Shown here: one piece after another, positions 50,876 through 60,416 of the stretch
Layout: each line of letters opens with the position of its first letter
How positions within the stretch are numbered: position 1 is the first letter of the stretch
Source of the DNA: Candidatus Latescibacterota bacterium
GTDB lineage: Bacteria; Latescibacterota; CBDEFO01
DNA: 64,000 bases
Reading direction: 5' to 3'
Assembly (NCBI GenBank): GCA_965237525.1
Contig: CBDEFO010000007.1
Span: forward strand, 544,001 to 608,000
The notes under the pieces: generated by a model
Databases searched by the model: none
What the model was told of the DNA's origin: nothing
Seen by the model: the letters and a program-made list of their open reading frames with translations, nothing else
Position numbers and translations under genes: made by a program

Positions 50876-52388
50876 CCATCATCATCAAGCCTATTTCGTC
50901 CCTTGGCGTTTTGGGAGACACAATTCCCATCAGCTTGCCTTCGAACATAATTCCTACTTTATCGCTCAAGGACAGGAGTTCGTCTAACTCCGTAGAGATC
51001 AGGAGCACAGCGCTGCCCCTTTCCCTTGCCTCCGAAAGTTTGCTATGGACGCATTGCGCCGCCGCTATATCGAGTCCCCTCGTCGGGTTCACGGCTATCA
51101 GAATATCCGGCTTTCTTGACAGCTCTCTGGCGATGACGACCTTTTGTTGATTTCCCCCCGAAAGGGAATCCGCCGAATCGTTTGGCCCTTGGGCCCGAAT
51201 GTCAAAATCACGGATGGCCTGAAGGGCAAAATCCCTTGTCTTCCGGCTCTTTAAGATGCCCCACTTTGAATACGGAAGATTCCCGTGTGTCTCCAAAATC
51301 AGGTTCTCCAAGAGCGAAAATCCCAATATAAGGCCCATCTTACGCCTGTCCTGGGGTATATGCGACCCATTGTGTTCAATCAATTTCTGAACCGACCAGT
51401 CCGTCTGTTCTTTTCCCTTAATCAGCATCCTTCCTGAGGCTATTTTCCTCAACCCTGACAGGGCTTCGGCCATCTCGGCCTGTCCGTTTCCGTCCACTCC
51501 TCCTATGCCAAATATCTCTCCCGATCTGACCTGAAGGCTGATTCCGCCGACGACTGGGACGCCGATTTTGTCAAGAACTTTCATATCCGCTACCTCAAGG
51601 ACGACATCACCTCTCGGCACCTCCTTTTTTGTTATCTTTTGAGCGGTTTCTCGTCCTACCATCATCCGGGCTAACTTTCTTCTGTCGGTATCTTGAGGCT
51701 CCATTGTCCCTATTACTTGCCCTCCCCTTAACACGGTCACCCTATCGCTTATCTTCATAACTTCATCCAACTTGTGGCTGATGAAGACTATCGAACGCTT
51801 GTCCTTTTTGAGCTCCTCCAGAATGTCGAACAGGTCTTCCACTTCTTGAGGAGTCAATACGGCCGTAGGCTCGTCCAGGATCAATATCTTGGCATCTCGA
51901 TATAAGGCCTTGAGTATTTCCACACGCTGTTGAGCCCCCACAGAGAGGTCTTGCGCCAGGGCTTTGGGGTCCACCTTCAGTCCGAACCTCCCGGATAGGT
52001 TTTCCACGTCCTTTTGGGCCTCAAGTCTGTCGAGCATTATCCTTTTTAGAGCATTCCCCACACCTTCGCGTTGTACTCCTAATACGACGTTTTCTGCCAC
52101 AGTGAAGACAGGGACGATCTGAAAGTGCTGGTGGATCATCCCAATTTTCGAATTTATCGCATCCTTTGGAGACTTGGGATGTATTCTTTTGCCGTTCAGA
52201 AGTATCTCTCCTGAATCTGGCCTGTAGAGGCCGTAGAGGATGTTCATTAGCGTAGTCTTGCCCGCTCCATTCTCACCCAAAAGGGAATGGATTTCGCCCT
52301 CCTCAAGTGAAAAATGGACTCCGTTCAGGGCTATGTTCGAGCCAAATTTCTTATTTATATTTTTAAGTTGCAAAAGAGCCAACGTCAA
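50856..52388 (-). CDS. ABC transporter ATP-binding protein (two ATPase domains)
   Basis: GENGAGKT, LDEPTAVL, LSGGNQQK. Confidence 0.93.
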   Translation of the reverse strand: MTLALLQLKNINKKFGSNIALNGVHFSLEEGEIHSLLGENGAGKTTLMNILYGLYRPDSGEILLNGKRIHPKSPKDAINSKIGMIHQHFQIVPVFTVAENVVLGVQREGVGNALKRIMLDRLEAQKDVENLSGRFGLKVDPKALAQDLSVGAQQRVEILKALYRDAKILILDEPTAVLTPQEVEDLFDILEELKKDKRSIVFISHKLDEVMKISDRVTVLRGGQVIGTMEPQDTDRRKLARMMVGRETAQKITKKEVPRGDVVLEVADMKVLDKIGVPVVGGISLQVRSGEIFGIGGVDGNGQAEMAEALSGLRKIASGRMLIKGKEQTDWSVQKLIEHNGSHIPQDRRKMGLILGFSLLENLILETHGNLPYSKWGILKSRKTRDFALQAIRDFDIRAQGPNDSADSLSGGNQQKVVIARELSRKPDILIAVNPTRGLDIAAAQCVHSKLSEARERGSAVLLISTELDELLSLSDKVGIMFEGKLMGIVSPKTPRDEIGLMMMGEKRAA

Positions 52389-53401
52389 AACTTTCCTCTA
52401 GGGACCTGAAATTCGCCCGATCTTATCTTAGCCTCCATCAGGTCTATTCTATCTCTGACGTCTTTGGGTATTCTATCCTCTAACTTGGGATTATAGGCCA
52501 AGGAAACTATCCCTTCCTTCATCCCTAACCACATAATATCAGGTTTAAACTGTTTGTCTTTCACTTTTTTAGCCACTTGTAAAAAGCTACTCGGAATGTC
52601 TAAAACAGCGCTTGCCAGGATCACTTCCGGGGCAATGTGGTTCTGATCTGCGTTTGAGCCAAAGGCATAGACGTTTGCTCTTTCCTTAACGGCCTGAAAG
52701 ACACCCAGGCCCGCAGCGTCGGCATTGTGGAGGATGAAATCTGCGCCCTGATCGATAAGAGCCAGTGTCGCCTCCTTGGCCGCGCCTGCGTCCTCCCAGT
52801 TGCCTATGTAGGACTTAAGGATTTTAAAGTCGGGAACTGCATCTTTTGCTCCTCCTTCAAAGGCTATAAACGTGCTCTTGACGGAGGGAATTGCCACTCC
52901 GCCGACCACTCCAGCGACCCCTGTTTTGGACATCAAAGCCGCCATCATTCCCATGAGGTACGTCGCTTCCTCAAGTTCGAAGACCATAGGAGCCACATTG
53001 TCCCTTACAGTACTTCCTGACGTGGTTATAAAGACTGTGTTCACAAAATCGGGCGAAACGGCCGCGGCGGTGTCCTGAAACTCGAATCCGTGTCCGAAGA
53101 CTAAATCGAAGCCCCTGCTGGCGTAGTCTCTGAATCCCTCCTCAAACTCCGCAGGTGTAACGGTTTGGACCTGACTTATCTGCGCTCCGAGTTCGTCTCT
53201 TATCCTCAAGAGTCCCTCGTAAGCTATAGCGTTCCATCCTGCATCGCTGACCGGGCCGGGGCTTAAAAGGGCTACCTTGAATTCTTTCTCCTCTGCTTGT
53301 TGGTTCTTTTTTGAGCAGCCGATAGCAAACAAGAGTGAAAACAGAAGTAATACCGATAAGATAGCTCTGAAAATCGGACCCAAAACGCCTTTGTGTATCA
53401 T
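52385..53401 (-). CDS. BMP family ABC substrate-binding lipoprotein
   Basis: AIGC lipobox, DAGWN..AYEG, GHGFEF, IDQGAD. Confidence 0.9.
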   Translation of the reverse strand: MIHKGVLGPIFRAILSVLLLFSLLFAIGCSKKNQQAEEKEFKVALLSPGPVSDAGWNAIAYEGLLRIRDELGAQISQVQTVTPAEFEEGFRDYASRGFDLVFGHGFEFQDTAAAVSPDFVNTVFITTSGSTVRDNVAPMVFELEEATYLMGMMAALMSKTGVAGVVGGVAIPSVKSTFIAFEGGAKDAVPDFKILKSYIGNWEDAGAAKEATLALIDQGADFILHNADAAGLGVFQAVKERANVYAFGSNADQNHIAPEVILASAVLDIPSSFLQVAKKVKDKQFKPDIMWLGMKEGIVSLAYNPKLEDRIPKDVRDRIDLMEAKIRSGEFQVPRGKF

Positions 53402-53669
53402 CGAACCTTCCCTTCTTTGCCTCTCTAATGGACATATATAAGAGTGTAACAATTATAATAAATTTATTCTACCGGGTCAAGACCCTTTTTCTTGGATGAG
53501 CACCTGCTCTGAGGGGGAAGGAGTGGTACAGCGTACACTCCGCATGCGACCGGAAGAGAAAGTTGGCACCAAACAGCAGAAAGGGCGTCCTACCTAGGCT
53601 TTGTGTATAGATACATTATACTGCTCTGCTCGCTATAACGTTGCTTGCTGAAGCCTTCAATCCATGGCA

Positions 53670-53992
53670 AGTGCCTCCCGCAATGTCCCACAGCACGGTC
53701 TCGACCGCACCGATCTCGACGATCGCGCCTCCGTCGTTCCAAGAGTCTGATGTGGTGCATCTCTTGCCCATTCTGTTGGACCTGGAGAGGATCTTCTGCT
53801 GTAGGAATCTGTTCTAGTTCCCCGTCGGTCTGGACGATTGCGTCCCCTCTAGATTCAATCCGGGGATGACCAGAGACGGAGACTCGGCGTGCACGACCCC
53901 CTCGAAGCCCTCGTGCGTGTGCACCTGGACCACGGTCTCGATCGCCCGACCGGTCTTGAAAGTAAGATCGTCTCTACTTCCGCGATCTTCAT
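53670..53992 (-). pseudogene. Mandelate racemase-family N-terminal fragment
   Basis: MKIAEVETI, VQVHTHEG, GAVETVLWDIAG across frameshifts; contains a degenerate palindromic insert. Confidence 0.6.
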
Positions 53993-54056
53993 GACTTCGT
54001 CCTTCCTGCTATTCTCCGATCATCCGTCGCTGATACTCTTTCCCGCTTGCACAACG

Positions 54057-55280
54057 CTAATCATCTTTCAAAAATATCACGAACGGAAGCCCCAATAGCA
54101 TAACCGCTCCCGCAACGTAAAAGATCGTATTGAGACCATATGCATCTCCAATGAGCCCGAAGAGAGGCGGCGAAGCGGCGGCGGAGAGGAAGTTTAGAGT
54201 GTAGTATAGAGCATATCCCCGACTCCGACGCAGAGGATCGAACGTAGGCGCCAGCCCGATGTATATCACAGAGGACGTCCCATTGAGCATAAACCCGAAT
54301 ATCGGCAAAAAGAGTACCATAACCCATCCTGGAGGGACCGAGGGGAGGGCGTAACAGCCGAGTATCATCAGCAACTCTGTGATCAGGATGATCCTTTTTG
54401 CTCCCAATTTCCGGATCGGCATGCCGCACAGGAGCTTTCCGACCGCTCCGCCGAAAAAGGTCAAAGACATAAGCCACACATAGCCTGTCAGACTTACAGA
54501 GTCACCTTTGATTCCTCTTTTGATCAGTAGAAATCCCAAAAATGCCACAGCGGCATTCCGAACTGCAATATCGAGGAATCCGATGATGGAGTAGAGGGTA
54601 AACTGGCCCGGCCTTTTGATGCCCCAGTTGGCAAAAAAAGTTCTTCGATGTGCCTCATTTATTTTATGCTCTCTGTCCTTCAGGGCTTTCTGTCTTCTGG
54701 CGCTGATGTCCCTTCGAAAAAAGAAGAGATACAAAAGGGACGTTAAAAGTCCGATGATCCCCAGTACAGCAAGGCTCCCTTGCCATCCAATTCTTGGGTC
54801 GATGACCAAAACTCCCGCTAAAAGGGGGAATAGCACCTTTCCAACATCTCCGGAAAAATTCAATGTTCCTATAGCCGGACCAGATTTTTCAGGCGGATAG
54901 ACATTTGAGATCAGGGCGGTTCCCACAGGGTGATACGCGCCTCCCCCTATCCCGGATGCAAGTATCAGCATCAGCGTGATAGGGTAGCTGAACGCTAAAA
55001 GCAAAAGCATATAGCTCAGGCTGAACCAAGCAGTTCCTAAGCCCAGCGTTAGTATCTCTCCGATACTTTCGGACAGGAGTCCCGCCGGTATCTGAGCTGC
55101 GCTTATCGCTACGTAGCTAGCGGCCTTAAGGAGGCCGGACTGGGTGTAGGTCAGATCGAGATCGGATGCGATGAAGGGAAGTAGAAGGGCTAAACTTACA
55201 ACGTAACCGTCGTTAACGATATGAAGGAGACTGCACCACCAAAGCTGTCTTTTCGGATTATATTGAATAGGTCTTTGCAT
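54057..55280 (-). CDS. MFS transporter
   Basis: HIVNDGY, GIGGGAYHP, about 12 hydrophobic segments. Confidence 0.88.
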   Translation of the reverse strand: MQRPIQYNPKRQLWWCSLLHIVNDGYVVSLALLLPFIASDLDLTYTQSGLLKAASYVAISAAQIPAGLLSESIGEILTLGLGTAWFSLSYMLLLLAFSYPITLMLILASGIGGGAYHPVGTALISNVYPPEKSGPAIGTLNFSGDVGKVLFPLLAGVLVIDPRIGWQGSLAVLGIIGLLTSLLYLFFFRRDISARRQKALKDREHKINEAHRRTFFANWGIKRPGQFTLYSIIGFLDIAVRNAAVAFLGFLLIKRGIKGDSVSLTGYVWLMSLTFFGGAVGKLLCGMPIRKLGAKRIILITELLMILGCYALPSVPPGWVMVLFLPIFGFMLNGTSSVIYIGLAPTFDPLRRSRGYALYYTLNFLSAAASPPLFGLIGDAYGLNTIFYVAGAVMLLGLPFVIFLKDD

Positions 55281-55538
55281 TATTGGGAAACCTCCATCGA
55301 GTCTGGAAGGGGCCCTATCAAATCACGATAGTCTCCAGATTATGAAGCTTGTCCCCGAGTGATTCTATCGCGGACTTGACCTTTCAGTTCCTACAAGATC
55401 CCTGTAAGCCTACTCCACTTCTGGAACCGAAGTCCTTGTCTCCATACGTTGAAGGTCCTTGTCACTTTGATATGGCAGGTAATCTATTACGAAATGCTAT
55501 AGCTTTCTCTAATTTGCAAACATCTTAGTTCTGTTCCC

Positions 55539-57518
55539 TCAGTAGACCCCGAGGGAATTGTCCACCATTCCTGTACAGTAATCTATAATAAGCCATGTCC
55601 CTGCCACGACCATCTGCCCCAGGATCAGACCCAAGAAGAAGGGACGAGTTTTCCTGAATACTGTAGCGCCGCCGTATTTGAGTATGACTACTTTGAAGAG
55701 CCACGCTAAAAAGACGCTGAACCATTTGTGATTAATTATGGAGATACCGGTTAGTGTGTAGCCGATGGGATGGATAGGCCACCATATAAAGTGATAGCGG
55801 ATAAAGGTCAGAAGGGCCATAATAAATGCTCCTATGCCTGTGGCTATCCAGCCTCCGATATTGGGGTTAACGGCTCCCTCCACTCTTTTAGCTATGTAAT
55901 TGAACGGAGCTTTCGGAGCCCCGCCAAAAAACCACGAGTAGAGGTTGATTCCGCCTTCTTCGTATGCAAGGGTCATCACCATCCACATGGATCCTGCCAG
56001 ACTCACAACGATGGATAGCATCATAGCCCAGAAGAGCGGTCTTCTCTTACCCCGGACCACATTGATTAACTTGAGCCCATTGGCGCACGAAGCCATAACG
56101 AACGTCCTCATCTCGCCGTGCCAGATGTATGTATACGCCAGAGCCACTAATCCCGTCGGTCCCAAAGCGGAGGTTCCAAGCCCTGATACGACGAAGTCCG
56201 AACTGATCATGGGAGGCCACATATCGGGCATTCCTCCTTCTGCCACTATGCGGGTAAGCGCTATAAAGAGGACAAAGGCCCCGAACAAGAATATCGGGAC
56301 GATCCAAAGAGGCATTCCCGAGGCCCACAGCCACAAGCTCACAAAGAGTAATCCTCCGATCATGCCAAAGAGAGCTGTCCGGTAGGATAGAATCTCATCC
56401 GAATCGTCCACATTCGGATCGTTCTTAAAGGCTTTCCTGAGAACGCCTTTGAGGTGCTCCCGACCTGTCCACATCCCTAACACGACAAAGACTATCATAG
56501 CCCCCATGGTCTGATGGAGCATGTAAGGCGACCAGGAATGAGCATAGACGCTCATCCTTTCGGTACTGTGGAAGCCAATCATATTGAATATTCCCTGCTC
56601 CGCGATGGCTAACAGGGAGAACGACCAAATCGCAAGGGCGATGTCACGGGGTATAAGGTAAACGAATCCGATGACATGAAAGATGGTGAAGAAATTAAAT
56701 CGAATTGTGTTGCGAAACATCGACATAGAGGCCTCCAGGTTTACCCTTGGAATGAATGGGTAGTATCCGTGGAGCGCCGTTACGCTGCCTATGATGAAAG
56801 GGATGGCAAATCCAAGCCACATAATAGGATTTTTAAAGAATGGCGCAAGATAACCGCTTTTGTCATCCCTTATCATCTCCATAGGTGTCTGAATAAGAGG
56901 ATACGTCAGCCTTTCTCTCTCTACCCACTGCCTCCTTAGGATCACCATCATGCATATCATCACAAAATAGAGGGCAATGGCAAACGAAGACCAGTACAAA
57001 AGGGGCCTAATCCATATTCCCCAGGGTATGGTCTCTCCCCTGGGCAGACCTTCGTAGAAATACTTAATATACTCTGGATCACGGGGGGATATCCAATCGG
57101 GTATATATGGGTGAATCAAATTGACCCAATCGTTCTCATGGGTGGCAAAGTAAAATACGCCGACGACGACAGGAAGGAGATGTTCGGTGAAGCCTACGGC
57201 TACGATAGAGGACGATACGATCATCATAATGTAGATCGTGACCAATTCGGTGGCTTCGAACGCCATACCCCGTTTGACTATTTTCAAAAGGGTGTTTACT
57301 ATACCTACGAAGATAAATAGAAGGAAAAGAGCTGCGCCGGTACCAAAGGTCCCAGCCATCCAGGAGCCTTTGATAAGAGCGTCGCTGTATGGGGCGGCAA
57401 TGGATATAAAAAAGGAGAGCAGTGTACCTACAACAAAAGATCTGAAGGTGAAACGTCGAGGAGGCCTTTCCTGGTCAACGGCATAATCGGGACTGAACTC
57501 CTCAGTTGTTGTCGCCAT
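55539..57518 (-). CDS. Large polytopic membrane protein (DUF6785/DUF6784-like)
   Basis: RRQWVERERLTYP, RIVAEGG, WWPIHPIGY, PFFLGLILG. Confidence 0.75.
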   Translation of the reverse strand: MATTTEEFSPDYAVDQERPPRRFTFRSFVVGTLLSFFISIAAPYSDALIKGSWMAGTFGTGAALFLLFIFVGIVNTLLKIVKRGMAFEATELVTIYIMMIVSSSIVAVGFTEHLLPVVVGVFYFATHENDWVNLIHPYIPDWISPRDPEYIKYFYEGLPRGETIPWGIWIRPLLYWSSFAIALYFVMICMMVILRRQWVERERLTYPLIQTPMEMIRDDKSGYLAPFFKNPIMWLGFAIPFIIGSVTALHGYYPFIPRVNLEASMSMFRNTIRFNFFTIFHVIGFVYLIPRDIALAIWSFSLLAIAEQGIFNMIGFHSTERMSVYAHSWSPYMLHQTMGAMIVFVVLGMWTGREHLKGVLRKAFKNDPNVDDSDEILSYRTALFGMIGGLLFVSLWLWASGMPLWIVPIFLFGAFVLFIALTRIVAEGGMPDMWPPMISSDFVVSGLGTSALGPTGLVALAYTYIWHGEMRTFVMASCANGLKLINVVRGKRRPLFWAMMLSIVVSLAGSMWMVMTLAYEEGGINLYSWFFGGAPKAPFNYIAKRVEGAVNPNIGGWIATGIGAFIMALLTFIRYHFIWWPIHPIGYTLTGISIINHKWFSVFLAWLFKVVILKYGGATVFRKTRPFFLGLILGQMVVAGTWLIIDYCTGMVDNSLGVY

Positions 57519-58304
57519 AAATTGAAAAGGGTCCTTACACTCTTATGTGATATGTAGGCCATTATGGAATGGATCAAACAGCGTACTGATATGAAATCAT
57601 ACCGACAGCTCTGGGGATACTAAGTCTAATAATATTTCACCTGGATGTCAAGTCATTTTGCTCTCCACCTCTGGAAAAGTGGCATATCATACAATTGATA
57701 AATCCAAGTCTATGATCTCGGCAATGAGCCTGACGTCCTCTATCACGTCTCTATGAGATACGGCCGTTGTGACCTCTGGATTCCTGGGGCGTTGGAGGAC
57801 AGAGTGGTTCTCCTGCCGGGCATCGACAACCACTATCACGAACTTTACCTCCGTGTGGCACAGACCCCCATTCAATACAGGACTCTCTCTGCTCATGCCT
57901 TCTATAGCTCTTGCAAATTGCGCCTTCAGATCGTCGCAGGTCTTATCGTCGTAGATACCTGATATTGAGAAAGATCCTCTCAGAATAGCACAATCTGTTC
58001 TTGGATCAGCATATCTATCATCTTGCTTCTGTCCATTTGCGAGGAATGCAAGTCGTTTCAGGAGGAATGCTGATTTTTCTGGATAGAGATACACGATATC
58101 TAAAAGTTGTCAATACTTTTTAGGGGTCTGGCCTCTCCAGACTGTTGTGACAGGCTCTCTCGAAATCGTATCAAGGGCTATGGAAGGTTGATAAAACCAC
58201 AATAGAAACCCTTCATGCAGGGGGTCTGAACCAAGAATGCAAGGGAAAACTCCGACCTATCCCCTCAGATCCTAATAGTGCGGGGAGATTGGCTTGAAAA
58301 AGGG

Positions 58305-58333
58305 TTGACATTGACCCCAGTTTTTGGTATCTT
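58305..58333 (+). promoter_or_regulatory. Sigma-70-type promoter
   Basis: TTGACA-17 nt-TATCTT with TG extension, 51 nt upstream of ATG 58385. Confidence 0.6.
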
Positions 58334-58384
58334 AGCCTTCCGTTTGGTTGTCACAGTATAAACCCCAAATAAAAGGGGACTGAT

Positions 58385-59530
58385 ATGAAGTCTATTCGAT
58401 CTTCTAATCATAGATCGCAGTCAACGAAGGCCGCAGAACTCACCCGTCGTGAATTTATCCATAAGATGAGTGCTGCTGCTTTAGGGGCTGGAGCATTGTT
58501 AACCCCTGCTGTTGCAAGTTCCGGCTCTACGACTGCTTCAGGGGACATGAAATATAGAACAGTGGGTAAGACAGGAATCAGCGTCTCTGAGATAGGCTTT
58601 GGATCTCATGTCGCACGGGAAAATATGAATGATCCCCAGGCCAGAGCAGCTCAGATTAGAAAAGGCTTAGAGCTAGGCATTAACCTCTTCGACATCTACG
58701 AGCACGGTTATCATCAGTTTGATCTGATGAGCCAGGCGTTGGGCCCGGTGCGAAAGGATGTTGTGATATCTCTTGTTGCGGTTCAGTCTGACGTCCGAAA
58801 GGAGGTAGAATTTGCCCTGACTACCTTCAACACCGATTACATTGATCTGTATCGCATGAACGCGTCCGGGATTAAGTCCAAGAGCGCAATAGAGACCACT
58901 TTAGGGACTCTGCAGCAGGCCAAGGAGGAGGGTAAGATAAGGGCGATCGGGATAGTGAACCACGATCAGGCAAAGTTGGTGGAGATGCTTCATACCTATC
59001 CAGAATTGGACTATCTGTTCTTTGCGTATAACTTCCGGCATCAGAGACTCTCTCCTGTCAGCTCTGTCCAGGCCGCCTCCGGAGGACAGATCAGGTCTGG
59101 AGTGTCTGCTGCCTCATCACCGAAAACCGCTGGACAAACTGTCGACTGCGCGATCGTGCCTTGCCCGGATCCAGCGTTTCCCGCTTTGGTCAGAGAAACC
59201 GGCGTGGGACTCATAGCGATCAAGCCCTTTGCCGGAGGAGCTTTGCTGAAATTGCAACCCTCCGATCCCCTCTTGGCGGAGCTGAAGGGCGTCGAGGCAA
59301 GTCTCCCTCAGGCGGCATTGAGGTTTATCTTGGGGGACAAGGAGATTTCCAGCACGATCCCAGCGATGAATTCTATAGATGAGGTTGTGGAGAACGTAGG
59401 AGCGACGCAGGGTGGTGGGCTAGGTGAGTCGGAGGTTCGGCTTTTGCAGATCTATGCACAAGCAGCGGAGCAGTCCCAGGGAGGCTACCTGCCCGAGAAG
59501 TATAAGTGGCTTGAGGAGTGGACGGCATAA
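58385..59530 (+). CDS. Tat-exported aldo/keto reductase
   Basis: TRREFI twin-arginine signal, GKTGISVSEIGFG, DYIDLY, GKIRAIG, IKPFAGG. Confidence 0.88.
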   Translation: MKSIRSSNHRSQSTKAAELTRREFIHKMSAAALGAGALLTPAVASSGSTTASGDMKYRTVGKTGISVSEIGFGSHVARENMNDPQARAAQIRKGLELGINLFDIYEHGYHQFDLMSQALGPVRKDVVISLVAVQSDVRKEVEFALTTFNTDYIDLYRMNASGIKSKSAIETTLGTLQQAKEEGKIRAIGIVNHDQAKLVEMLHTYPELDYLFFAYNFRHQRLSPVSSVQAASGGQIRSGVSAASSPKTAGQTVDCAIVPCPDPAFPALVRETGVGLIAIKPFAGGALLKLQPSDPLLAELKGVEASLPQAALRFILGDKEISSTIPAMNSIDEVVENVGATQGGGLGESEVRLLQIYAQAAEQSQGGYLPEKYKWLEEWTA

Positions 59531-59615
59531 GGTTTCCGCACCTGCAGGATGTTCTCTTTGAGTGCACGAGGAAAGTCCCCTTCAAATGTGTCAGTGGGAA
59601 TAGGATAAGAATCCC

Positions 59616-60161
59616 TTGTACAAGATTATCGCTATATTGCTGATCCTAGGGGGCCTTTTCATCCTTGCGACTATAGGGAGCTTTTCTGACAGGGACATCA
59701 CGCCGGATGCGGTCACCATGGCCACCACGCACAATCTCTGGACAGGCGATGTGGCCTCACTCACCGATGGGCGTACGCCCGACAAGCACCCAGACGCTAC
59801 AGCTTTCGAGTGGGACTGGATCGGCTTGTTGGCTGTATCGTGGCCTGACACTGTACGCCTTGCGACTATCCGTGTCTATATCGGAACGATGGACCAATAC
59901 AGAGTGTTCGGCTATTTAGGCGGGGGCTTCACCGAAGAGGGCTTTCGCGTAGGAGTGGAGACGTCGGTCTACGGACACGAGGGGGTTGTGCCCGCTGGAG
60001 TCACCGGCTGGTACGAAATCACCTGTTCACCGGAATTTGCCATCGATAACATCAGCTTCCAGGTTGTCGGCGGCGCTGTCATTTATGAAATAGAGTTTCT
60101 CAGGCCGGAGAACACTGCCATCTGGCCTATCAACTTCGGCGCCATCAAGAAATTCTTCTGA
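59616..60161 (+). CDS. Secreted hypothetical protein
   Basis: Signal peptide, beta-rich body, C-terminal TAIWPINFGAIKKFF. Confidence 0.65.
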   Translation: MYKIIAILLILGGLFILATIGSFSDRDITPDAVTMATTHNLWTGDVASLTDGRTPDKHPDATAFEWDWIGLLAVSWPDTVRLATIRVYIGTMDQYRVFGYLGGGFTEEGFRVGVETSVYGHEGVVPAGVTGWYEITCSPEFAIDNISFQVVGGAVIYEIEFLRPENTAIWPINFGAIKKFF

Positions 60162-60266
60162 AAGGCAAGTGAAGTTATCGATCACAACCGAAATTAAAGA
60201 TGAAAAGGAAAGCGTGCCGTGTAACATAGCCTCTATCCCTTTTTCCTGCAACATATTAAGCAACTT

Positions 60267-60374
60267 AGCTTAACATCGTCATTGCCGCACGCATGTAGAC
60301 AAGGGCGTAAGCATTAGGCTCGTGGACTTCTAATCCGAGTTTCCTCACAGCTATCCTCCATAAACAAGTAGGCA
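60267..60374 (-). repeat. 108-bp direct repeat, copy 1 (contains a 27-codon sORF)
   Basis: Matches 61957-62064 apart from two short variable patches. Confidence 0.9.
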
Positions 60375-60416
60375 GCAAAGAGTGGTCAAGACATCCCCTC
60401 CTATTTACTCTTGTTG

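Noticed and set aside
57687..58094. 135-aa minus-strand ORF
   Set aside because: No recognisable motif or RBS; competing frames look equally plausible
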